DNA from: an uncultured Chloroflexia bacterium
GTDB taxonomy: Bacteria > Chloroflexota > Anaerolineae > Anaerolineales > UBA11858
Reading direction: 5' to 3'
Length of the DNA stretch: 32,000 nucleotides
Assembly: GCA_963783765.1 (NCBI GenBank)
Contig: CAWAOV010000006.1
Span: forward strand, 402,136-434,135
Shown in pieces: positions 24,584 to 32,000 of this stretch. A program made the position numbers and the translations under genes. Each line of letters opens with the position of its first letter. Position 1 is the stretch's first letter. A model generated the notes under the pieces. It had not been told where the DNA came from, made no database searches, and saw nothing but the letters and a program-made list of their open reading frames with translations.

Positions 24584-25441
24584 GTGATTAATAATCTTTG
24601 GAATTATTTGCTTTTTATATTTCAGCGAGCAAATTGGCTCAGCGTTGTTGATATTTTCCTGGTTGCTGTAGTTGTGTTTTTTGTCCTTTACCTGCTCAGG
24701 GATACCAAAGCGCTGGTCCTCTTGAGGGGCGTTCTTTTTCTGATCGTTGTGATCAGCTTGCTCTCCAGCCTGAGAGTCCTACCTGCATTCTCCTGGTTAG
24801 TAACAAGTACGTTGCCGACTTTGCTGCTGGCAATTCCGGTTATTTTTGCGCCAGAAATCAGACGTGTTCTGGAACGTATTGGTAGAACAGGTTCAATATT
24901 CGCCCAGGATCAGCTCACACCTGCAATGGAGCAGATTATCCAGCGGGTAGTAAGAGCATCCCGGAGAATCGCTGAGCGTAAATATGGGGGATTGATCGTG
25001 TTGTCCCGCCTGGATTCTCTTCAGGCTTATATTGAAACCGGGGTGCATCTTAAAGCAGCTGTCAGCCCGGAAACTTTGATCCAGATCTTTTACCCCAAAA
25101 CGCCCCTGCATGATGGCGCAGTGATCATCTCTGATAATGTCATTTCTGCTGCAGGTTGTGTGCTGCCCCTTTCGGCCAGTGGTGTATTGGAATCCTCACC
25201 GGAAAGATCGATGGGATTAAGACACAGGGCTGCATTAGGTATAGCAGAGGAAAGTGATGCAATTGCAGTTGTGATCTCTGAAGAAACCGGCATTGTTTCC
25301 CTGGCTTATGATGGAAAACTTGATAAATATGTCCCTCTGGATGAACTGCAGGGCAAGTTGAACAGCTTTTTCCAGCACGAGCCAGTTCAAAGATCGCTCC
25401 TCTCCCGGCTGATTACACTCTTCCAAGGAACGATAGAATGA
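24584..25441 (+). CDS. cdaA: Diadenylate cyclase CdaA (c-di-AMP synthase)
   Basis: 285-aa ORF with three N-terminal TM helices and a DAC domain carrying the HDGAVII and GLRHRAALG motifs. Confidence 0.9.
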   Translation: MINNLWNYLLFIFQRANWLSVVDIFLVAVVVFFVLYLLRDTKALVLLRGVLFLIVVISLLSSLRVLPAFSWLVTSTLPTLLLAIPVIFAPEIRRVLERIGRTGSIFAQDQLTPAMEQIIQRVVRASRRIAERKYGGLIVLSRLDSLQAYIETGVHLKAAVSPETLIQIFYPKTPLHDGAVIISDNVISAAGCVLPLSASGVLESSPERSMGLRHRAALGIAEESDAIAVVISEETGIVSLAYDGKLDKYVPLDELQGKLNSFFQHEPVQRSLLSRLITLFQGTIE

Positions 25442-26661
25442 GACTGATGCGCTGGTTGGGCGGTAATCTAACTTCCTTGATCCTCTCCTTATTATTGGCA
25501 GTGGTCATCTGGATCTCAGCTGTTACTTCTGCCAATCCCAATGTTGAGGCAGAGCTGATGGTACCGTTTGAAGTGCGCCAGCAGGCGTCCGATATTGCGA
25601 TCGTTGATCCAATACCGCAGACAGTAACTTTAAAAGTCCTGGCCCCGGAAAGCATCATTCAGAGCCTGGAAGAAGAAAATCCGCTGGTTGCCTATATCAA
25701 CCTTGCGGATATCTCTGCTGGAACCTATCGATTCACTGTTCAGGTCTATATACCAGACCAGTTGAAGCCGATCCGTGTCCTGGAACAAAATCCTGAAAAG
25801 CTGGAATTGAAAGTTAGCAACCTGATTTCGAAGTTGTTGCCGATATCTATCCAGGTGGAAGGAGAACCGGCTGTTGGCTATCAGACCAGCGGGTTATCCT
25901 GGGAAGGGAGCTCCGTCACTATTACTGGCCAAGACATAGCTGTTCAGGAAGCGTCTATAGTAGTTGGCGTCCTGGATATATCAGATGCAACCGGATCGAT
26001 CGTTAGAAGTATCAATTTGGAAGCCAGGAACAGCACTGGGGAGGTGGTTGAAGGATTGGAGATCTCACCTGAGACCGTTCAGGTGACTCAGTCAATCAGC
26101 CTGCAGGGGGGTTATAGAAACCTGGCTGTGAATGTTACCACTCAGGGTGCTGTGGAACCGGGCTATCGCTTTACAAGCATCACTCCGGCACCACCAACCG
26201 TGATGGTCTTTTCCGCAGACCCCCAACTTGTGGAAGGGCTACCAGGATACGTGAATACAAAACCTCTGAATTTGAATGGAGTGGATGGTTACCTGGAGAC
26301 CATTTTGGAGCTGGATTTGCCAGAAGGGATCACTGTAGTAGGTGATCCGACGGTTTTGGTCCAGGTGAATGTTACCGCCTTAGAAACCAGTATGCTGATC
26401 ACCCGGAATATTGAGGTAGTTGGACTATTGCCGGGCTTAGATGCACAAGTATCACCTGAACAAGTAAGTGTCCGGATATCTGGGCCAGTGCCAGTCCTTG
26501 AAAACCTCACCTTAAGAGATATCAGGGTGGTGGTTGATCTCACCAACCTGGAAATAGGGACCTATACGTTGGAACCCACGGTGGAAATCCTGCCAGCGGA
26601 TATAATATGGGAAGATATCTCTCCAGCAACTGTTGAAATAGTCATCGGGGAGGGGCAGTAA
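25438..26661 (+). CDS. cdaR: CdaA regulator CdaR (YbbR-repeat protein)
   Basis: ATGA overlap with cdaA. It has an N-terminal TM anchor followed by repeated roughly 90-aa beta-rich YbbR-like modules. Its position directly after cdaA is typical. Confidence 0.8.
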   Translation: MRLMRWLGGNLTSLILSLLLAVVIWISAVTSANPNVEAELMVPFEVRQQASDIAIVDPIPQTVTLKVLAPESIIQSLEEENPLVAYINLADISAGTYRFTVQVYIPDQLKPIRVLEQNPEKLELKVSNLISKLLPISIQVEGEPAVGYQTSGLSWEGSSVTITGQDIAVQEASIVVGVLDISDATGSIVRSINLEARNSTGEVVEGLEISPETVQVTQSISLQGGYRNLAVNVTTQGAVEPGYRFTSITPAPPTVMVFSADPQLVEGLPGYVNTKPLNLNGVDGYLETILELDLPEGITVVGDPTVLVQVNVTALETSMLITRNIEVVGLLPGLDAQVSPEQVSVRISGPVPVLENLTLRDIRVVVDLTNLEIGTYTLEPTVEILPADIIWEDISPATVEIVIGEGQ

Positions 26662-26700
26662 AGCGATTTCGCCCCTCTATAATATTTCCTACAAATAACT

Positions 26701-28071
26701 ATGTCAAAACCTGTCGTGGCCATTGTTGGCCGACCCAATGTGGGTAAGAGTACCCTTTTTAATCGCCTTGCCGAACGCCGGATGGCGATTGTGGATGATA
26801 TTCCGGGAACGACAAGAGACCGCCTTGCCACAGAAGTTGAATGGACCGGCGTGGTTTTTGATATCGTTGATACGGGAGGTTTGGATCCCACCCAGGTTGG
26901 TCCCGGAAAAGGACAGGATCCGCTTTCTGTTGGATCTCACCAGTTCATCGATGAAATCCGCAAACAAGCTGAAATCGCCATTCAGGAATCCGATGCGATC
27001 CTTTTTGTTGTCGACGGACAATCCGGTATCACGCCTGCAGATCGCGAGATCAATGATTCCCTCAGGAAAGTTCAGGAGATCAAGGATGGAAAGGACTATC
27101 CTCCTATCCTGCTGGTTGTAAATAAATGTGATAACCAGAAGACGCGCCTGAACGCCGTCCAGTTTTATGAGCTTGGCTATAAAGAGCTCCATATCGTATC
27201 TGCGATTCACGGCTCAGCTACTGGCGATATGCTGGATGCGTTGGTGGCTGTGCTTCCAGAGGGTGGAGAGGAAGAAGAGGATACTTCAGTAAAGATCGCC
27301 ATTGTGGGCAAACCCAATGTTGGCAAATCCAGCATACTGAATAAAATCACCGGGGAAGAACGAGTGATTGTCAGCAACATCCCGGGAACAACGCGGGATT
27401 CGATTGATACCCGGTTGGTCTATAAGGATGTCCCGATTACCATCATTGACACAGCCGGGATCCGGAAACGCGGCAGCATTGATACTGGTGTGGAGAAATT
27501 CAGTGTTTTAAGGGCAATGAAGGCCATTGAGCGGTCAGATGTTGCCCTGCTGGTTGTAGATGCGTATGAGGGAGTAAAATCCCAGGATACACATGTTGCC
27601 GGGTATATTCTAGATGAATGGAAAAGCGCTGTTGTAGTGATCAATAAATGGGACCTTATCGAAAAAGATTCCCACACGATGGCTGAATTCACTAATTACG
27701 TCCGGTATGAATTAAACTTCATGGATTATGTGCCCATTCTGTTTACCTCTGCCCTGACTGGCAAGCGAGTTGATCAGATCCTGGATCTGGCACTTGAAGT
27801 CCAAAAAGAGAGAATGGTCAGACTGCCAACCTCACAGGTGAACAGGATCGTTCAAAACGCCCAGGATAAACACCCGGCACCTTCTAAAGCCGGCAGGCAT
27901 TTTAAGATCTATTATGGAACCCAGGTCCGAAATGATCCCCCGACATTTTTGCTTCATGTCAATGATCCCAAATTGACCCATTTCACATACCTGCGTTATA
28001 TAGAAAACCAGATCCGGGAACAAGCGCCATTTGTAGGTACCCCAATCAAGATCCTGCTCCGCGCGAGTTAG
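26701..28071 (+). CDS. der: Ribosome-biogenesis GTPase Der (EngA)
   Basis: 456-aa ORF with two tandem GTPase domains (GRPNVGKS...DTGG...NKCD and GKPNVGKS...DTAG...NKWD) and a KH-like C-terminal domain. Confidence 0.95.
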   Translation: MSKPVVAIVGRPNVGKSTLFNRLAERRMAIVDDIPGTTRDRLATEVEWTGVVFDIVDTGGLDPTQVGPGKGQDPLSVGSHQFIDEIRKQAEIAIQESDAILFVVDGQSGITPADREINDSLRKVQEIKDGKDYPPILLVVNKCDNQKTRLNAVQFYELGYKELHIVSAIHGSATGDMLDALVAVLPEGGEEEEDTSVKIAIVGKPNVGKSSILNKITGEERVIVSNIPGTTRDSIDTRLVYKDVPITIIDTAGIRKRGSIDTGVEKFSVLRAMKAIERSDVALLVVDAYEGVKSQDTHVAGYILDEWKSAVVVINKWDLIEKDSHTMAEFTNYVRYELNFMDYVPILFTSALTGKRVDQILDLALEVQKERMVRLPTSQVNRIVQNAQDKHPAPSKAGRHFKIYYGTQVRNDPPTFLLHVNDPKLTHFTYLRYIENQIREQAPFVGTPIKILLRAS

Positions 28072-28145
28072 GATCGAACCACAAATTCCAGAAAACCCGA
28101 CAGAAATATATGATTGTTGAGTTGAGGTGAGAGTCAACCTTCCCC

Positions 28146-28174
28146 TTGCCTTGACTGAGTTTGGATTATATAAT
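28146..28174 (+). promoter_or_regulatory. Candidate promoter for lepB
   Basis: TTGCCT (28146-28151), a 17-nt spacer, then TATAAT (28169-28174). Confidence 0.4.
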
Positions 28175-28205
28175 CGGGAATACGTTCAAAGGTGAAGGTT
28201 AGTAA

Positions 28206-28796
28206 ATGACAGAAGAATTTGATTCACTCCAACTCGAAAATGAAGAAAACCGCCCGGAAAAACCTAATCTATTGGGTGTGCTGGTTGATATTCTTGAAAC
28301 CTTATTGCTTTCAGTAGTTCTTTTTTTCCTGATTAATGCTGTTTCTGCCAGGATCCGGATCGATGGATCCAGCATGGAACCCAATCTCCATCATGGTCAA
28401 TTTGTGATCGTCAGCAAGATCAACTACAAAATTGGAGAGCCAGAAAGAGGCGATGTGGTGGTATTTGACTTTCCCCGCAACATCACCGAGGAGTATATCA
28501 AGCGCGTGATTGGTTTACCAGGAGAGCAGGTCCAGGTAAAAGATGGCCAGGTGTATATTAATGGTCAATTACTTTCTGAACCTTATTTGATGGTGGATCC
28601 GCAGTACGAAGGAGATTGGGTGGTTGACAAAAACACCCTGTTTGTATTGGGTGATAACCGGAACAACTCCTCTGACTCCCATAATTGGGGTATGGTTCCC
28701 ATGGAAAATATCGTCGGGGAAGCGCTGTTGATATATTGGCCGCCGGATTCCTGGGGATTAGTTAACGGGGCAAACCCGGTTTTGGCTTCAGAATGA
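28206..28796 (+). CDS. lepB: Signal peptidase I
   Basis: 196-aa ORF with an N-terminal TM helix, the catalytic Ser box GSSMEPNL, the Lys box YIKRVIGLPGE, and GDNRNNSSDSHNWG. Confidence 0.9.
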   Translation: MTEEFDSLQLENEENRPEKPNLLGVLVDILETLLLSVVLFFLINAVSARIRIDGSSMEPNLHHGQFVIVSKINYKIGEPERGDVVVFDFPRNITEEYIKRVIGLPGEQVQVKDGQVYINGQLLSEPYLMVDPQYEGDWVVDKNTLFVLGDNRNNSSDSHNWGMVPMENIVGEALLIYWPPDSWGLVNGANPVLASE

Positions 28797-28993
28797 TCAA
28801 ATGCCAGCCCGTATATTTCTGGGGCTGATTTAAGGGAAAACCCTTTACTGGTAGATAAAATAAAATAGCTCAGCCGGCGAGCAGTATCTGTTATCATTAG
28901 GAAGAAGAAACCGGACAGTTAAAACACCAAGCCCAGAGGGGTTGGTGTTATCTCAGTATTTATTGTGATAAGGTCTTTTTTTGGGAGTTTTGT

Positions 28994-29566
28994 ATGGCTA
29001 ATGGGGCACTTACTAAGCGCATTATCCCAATCCATGTGTTGACTGCCAGTTACCGGATTGCGGGTACGGTGAAGGTCAGTAACAGCGGATTAAGCGGTCT
29101 GATGACAGACCAAACCAGTCAGTTTATGACCATTATGGATGCCAGTCTTGGTCGTATCCATGACCCGGATTTCCTGGTTCAACGACTGCCTGACATCCGC
29201 CTGGTAAAAGACCAGATCCACAGCGCCAGCGTAAAACGGCGCCAGGATATCGGACCGAGAGGGATCATGCGCGCGGGTTATGAACATGTTAATGTGTTCC
29301 ATATCGCCATTACCGATTCCACTTTTGAATATGAAGGCTGCCTGGAATGGCCAGGGCGATTTGATTTTAAAGCCCTGATGTCTGGTGGGACCTGGGAATA
29401 CCTGCCTGTTTTTGACGGAACTGTACGTTCCATTATCTATCCCGAGATGGAGATTAAAAGCGAAGCCATGTTAATCAACCGTAAACACATCGCTACTTTT
29501 ACTCATGCCTTGAAGAAAGCGGATGAAGACTCTTCACTGCCGGGAATTCCGCTAGGCTTGACCTGA
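28994..29566 (+). CDS. Hypothetical protein with two similar ~75-aa halves
   Basis: 190-aa ORF with GGGAG 7 nt upstream. No family recognised. The halves at aa 11-80 and aa 99-170 share a pattern. Confidence 0.55.
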   Translation: MANGALTKRIIPIHVLTASYRIAGTVKVSNSGLSGLMTDQTSQFMTIMDASLGRIHDPDFLVQRLPDIRLVKDQIHSASVKRRQDIGPRGIMRAGYEHVNVFHIAITDSTFEYEGCLEWPGRFDFKALMSGGTWEYLPVFDGTVRSIIYPEMEIKSEAMLINRKHIATFTHALKKADEDSSLPGIPLGLT

Positions 29567-29616
29567 TTTAACGCTGATGGTAAAATTTTTGCCGTTGTCT
29601 TAATAAATCGTTTTTT

Positions 29617-29689
29617 GCCCCCATCGTCTAGGGGACCAGGACATAACCCTTTCAAGGTTAAGACCGGAGTTCGAATCTCCGTGGGGGCA
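29617..29689 (+). tRNA. tRNA-Glu (anticodon UUC)
   Basis: 73-nt cloverleaf folded by hand: acceptor GCCCCCA/TGGGGGC, D-arm GTCT-AGGGGACCA-GGAC, anticodon stem TAACC/GGTTA with loop CTTTCAA, 4-nt variable loop, and T-arm CGGAG-TTCGAAT-CTCCG. CCA is not encoded. It closely resembles E. coli tRNA-Glu. Confidence 0.95.
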
Positions 29690-29692
29690 CAG

Positions 29693-29725
29693 AAAAAAAT
29701 CCTCTGAAAAGAGGATTTTTGGTTT
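29693..29725 (+). terminator. Rho-independent terminator after tRNA-Glu
   Basis: ATCCTCT-GAAA-AGAGGAT hairpin flanked by an A-run and TTTTTGGTTT. Confidence 0.75.
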
Positions 29726-29740
29726 AAGGGAAATTGAGGT

Positions 29741-29799
29741 ACCTCCGCGGTCTCCCTCTAGGTCAGTCCCTGGTTTTTTGTGTATACGACCGCGGAGGT
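29741..29799 (+). promoter_or_regulatory. 12-bp perfect stem whose 3' arm contains a Shine-Dalgarno sequence
   Basis: ACCTCCGCGGTC (29741-29752) pairs with GACCGCGGAGGT (29788-29799) across a 35-nt loop. GGAGG (29794-29798) lies 7 nt upstream of ATG 29806. Confidence 0.45.
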
Positions 29800-29805
29800 C
29801 TTAAC

Positions 29806-29868
29806 ATGATTGAGGGGATCAGTAACATCCCAAAACTGATCAATTTACTGGCTTCTGTGTTCCAGTAG
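29806..29868 (+). CDS. Candidate 20-codon small ORF (MIEGISNIPKLINLLASVFQ)
   Basis: ATG with a well-spaced GGAGG. The peptide is short and amphipathic. There is no other support. Confidence 0.2.
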   Translation: MIEGISNIPKLINLLASVFQ

Positions 29869-30114
29869 GGGAAGACCGCCCCCGTGAGCCTGCCCTTAGT
29901 GTGGAATCTCACTGTGTCAGGATGCCCCTACCAGTACCGAGATAGAGCCAGGTATATAGTACTGGAAGCACGATCGTCCACAAAACATTTTCCCAGACAG
30001 GGAAGACTATCTGGACAGTCCCTGATTATCTAAAAATGAAGAATATAAATAATGACCGGACTATGACTTTTATCCCAAAAGAGAGGAGATCATAGTGAAA
30101 AATACTGAAAAAAC

Positions 30115-30163
30115 TTGACAAACGGATTAAAAATATGTTACGATGTAATCGATTACATATAAT
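30115..30163 (+). promoter_or_regulatory. Promoter region with embedded LacI/GalR-type palindromic operator
   Basis: TTGACA (30115-30120), an 18-nt spacer, then TACGAT (30139-30144), with a second TATAAT at 30158-30163. The perfect 16-bp palindrome ATGTAATCGATTACAT (30143-30158) fits the TGnAAnCGnTTnCA operator pattern. Confidence 0.5.
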
Positions 30164-30409
30164 GTGGTAATTCACTGGTCCCTATGATTGCCTGAAGGTG
30201 TAACCGAATAATGATTATTCCTCCATCTGCATATTTTCTAAAATGGCTTAGACTGGGTCAGGAGTGGTGTGGTCATTGAGTGTTCATATTTTATATGAGC
30301 GCTCTTTTTTTATCTCATAAATCAGGAAATCAAATCAATTAAAGGAGGTATTGCTGCCAAAAAATCGTATTCTCAACTGTACCCATGATTAGTATAAGGA
30401 GTAATGAAG

Positions 30410-31651
30410 ATGGCAAAAAAAGTATTTATTTTAATCCTCGTTGTTATGCTTCTCACGGCCTGCGCTCCAAAAACCGTTGAAGTGATCAAAGAGGTAGAAG
30501 TGCCAGTAGAAGTGGAAGTTGAAAAGGAAGTCATTGTCGAAGTGGACAAATCGCCCATTTCCGTGACCATCCCCTGGACGGGAGACGCGATGGAGCTCTT
30601 CCTGCCTGTCGTAGAAGCCTTTGAAGCCGAAACTGGTATTGAAGTCACAGTTCTCCCTTATAAGACTGCTGATCTTGGCCCGCTCCTGCCAGCCCAGTTT
30701 ATGGCTGAGGAACCCATGGCCGATGTATTCATCATGTCCTGGCCCTGGTGGATTGAACAGAACACCGAACACCTTTTAGATCTAACTGATATAGCGGCCG
30801 ATGTAGATTGGCTTGGCAACCCGGTTGTTGTTGAAGGAAAAACCTACGGTATTCCTACCTATCTGTGGGTAAAAGGCGGATTCTGGTATTTTCAATCAGT
30901 TTTCGATGCCAATGGTCTAGAAAAACCTGAAACATGGGATGAATTTAATGCCCTTTTGGTTGATCTGACTGAAGTCGAAGGTATTGTTACTCCACTTTCC
31001 TCCCCCTTTGATTATCCATTGGCAGATATCGTAGAACACTTTATGCAAGCAGTGGGTGGTCCAGAAATGATCCAGGGCATTATCGATGGATCCGTCAAAT
31101 GGACAGATCCTGAGGTAAAGGCAGTATTCACCGATTACCTGATCCCCCTGTTGGATGAAGGCTACTTCGATGATCCTGTAAACAGAGGCACAGCAGGAGA
31201 ACTCTGGATTGAAGGAGATTATGCCTTACACTATTATGGGAACTGGATTCAGGATAAAGTTGAGGATCCTGCTGATTTACGGATCCTGCCTGTTCCGGGA
31301 TCTACAGCCATAGTCAGTGGTACCGACTGGATGTTCATTCCGAAATACACTAACCGGATAGATGATGCCAAAACTTTCATCGAGTTTGTGATCAGCGAAG
31401 CTGGTATGAAGCTCCGACTTGAACAGGGTGGTTTATTATCCAGCCGAGCAGATATTTCTCTTGATGTCTATCCCCCCAATGAAAAAGCGCTGGCAGAAAC
31501 AGTGAATACATTCACTGTGCTGCCTGACCTGGATGACACCATTGGTGGTGAATGGCAGAGCACTTTCTGGGATCAGATCGCGTTGTTATGGGTAGACACT
31601 TCTGCCCTTGATGAAGTTCTGACAACCCTCCAGGAAAAGATGCCTGAGTAG
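30410..31651 (+). CDS. Sugar-type ABC transporter substrate-binding lipoprotein (family 1)
   Basis: The ORF opens at ATG 30404, but ATG 30410 is 8 nt after AAGGAG. It has the lipobox LLTAC, a VEVxxEVEV acidic tether, and a roughly 370-aa family-1 binding-protein-like body rich in Trp/Tyr/Asp. Confidence 0.8.
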   Translation: MAKKVFILILVVMLLTACAPKTVEVIKEVEVPVEVEVEKEVIVEVDKSPISVTIPWTGDAMELFLPVVEAFEAETGIEVTVLPYKTADLGPLLPAQFMAEEPMADVFIMSWPWWIEQNTEHLLDLTDIAADVDWLGNPVVVEGKTYGIPTYLWVKGGFWYFQSVFDANGLEKPETWDEFNALLVDLTEVEGIVTPLSSPFDYPLADIVEHFMQAVGGPEMIQGIIDGSVKWTDPEVKAVFTDYLIPLLDEGYFDDPVNRGTAGELWIEGDYALHYYGNWIQDKVEDPADLRILPVPGSTAIVSGTDWMFIPKYTNRIDDAKTFIEFVISEAGMKLRLEQGGLLSSRADISLDVYPPNEKALAETVNTFTVLPDLDDTIGGEWQSTFWDQIALLWVDTSALDEVLTTLQEKMPE

Positions 31652-31663
31652 TTAGTCTTTGAT

Positions 31664-31705
31664 AATGTTCCTCGCAGCTCGAAAATTCGAGCTGCGAGGA
31701 ACATT
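31664..31705 (+). terminator. Strong hairpin after the sugar binding-protein gene
   Basis: Perfect 19-bp stem AATGTTCCTCGCAGCTCGA / TCGAGCTGCGAGGAACATT with a 4-nt loop, followed by TCTGTC (a weak U-tract). Confidence 0.65.
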
Positions 31706-31886
31706 TCTGTCAGATTCGGTAAAATAATTTTTAATAATTAAGCTGATATACCAATGTTTGTTTAGATTGGTAGAAGAACCGTAATTATTTCCAAAATTTT
31801 GGAACTTATAATCTAAATAATTATCAGAGCAGTTTCAAATACATGCAAACGTGGATATCCTTTGAACTAAAGGGCAATGGATGATC

Positions 31887-32000
31887 ATGAAAAAAAGACT
31901 CAGTACATTTCTGGAAGTGGTTATTTTTATATTCCCGGCATTGATCCTGCTGTTGATCTTTGTGGTTATTCCGGCAATAAAAACCCTCTCTCTGGCATTT
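31887..32000 (+). CDS. Sugar ABC transporter permease, 5' fragment (runs off window)
   Basis: MKKRLSTFLEVVIFIFPALILLLIFVVIPAIKTLSLAF is a typical N-terminus of MalF/UgpA-type permeases. An in-frame alternative ATG lies at 31881. Confidence 0.6.
   Translation, partial: MKKRLSTFLEVVIFIFPALILLLIFVVIPAIKTLSLAF

Noticed and set aside
29617-30110. Integrated mobile element at tRNA-Glu.
   Set aside because: There is no integrase or transposase ORF, and I found no downstream direct repeat of the tRNA 3' end. The flank is too short and has no ORFs.

Overview
The window is about 50% GC and almost entirely + strand. Its lipoprotein-type binding proteins with acidic tethers suggest a monoderm-like anaerobe, possibly Chloroflexota, but I cannot verify this. 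In order it contains recO, an orphan lipoprotein, and osmC-like and tlpA-like redox genes on the minus strand, convergent with the lipoprotein gene. Next is a compact carbonyl-branch Wood-Ljungdahl cluster: a small HMA-like protein, cooS/acsA, an acsB::acsD fusion, acsC, the acsV/RACo corrinoid activator and acsE. Then come malic enzyme and a dpp/opp-type ABC transporter (family-5 binding protein, two permeases, two ATPases) followed by an L-Ala-D/L-Glu-epimerase-like gene. The rest is coaE-cdaA-cdaR, der, lepB, a hypothetical protein, tRNA-Glu(UUC), about 700 bp of gene-free structured DNA, and the start of a sugar ABC operon. I found no CRISPR array, transposase or integrase. Five points deserve a second look. 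(1) The family-5 binding protein is circularly permuted (C-terminal third first, then the normal N-terminus), and a 1-nt frame break cuts it off from its own lipoprotein signal peptide. (2) Acetyl-CoA synthase AcsB is fused through a roughly 130-aa Pro/Ala-rich linker to the corrinoid Fe-S protein small subunit AcsD. (3) An HMA-fold protein with DHH in place of CxxC is translationally coupled to cooS, in a cluster that has no cooC/acsF. (4) The DppC-like permease carries a roughly 100-aa insertion of extra hydrophobic helices. (5) A 12-bp stem downstream of tRNA-Glu sequesters the Shine-Dalgarno of a 20-codon ORF. All family assignments come from motif recognition by eye; no searches were run.
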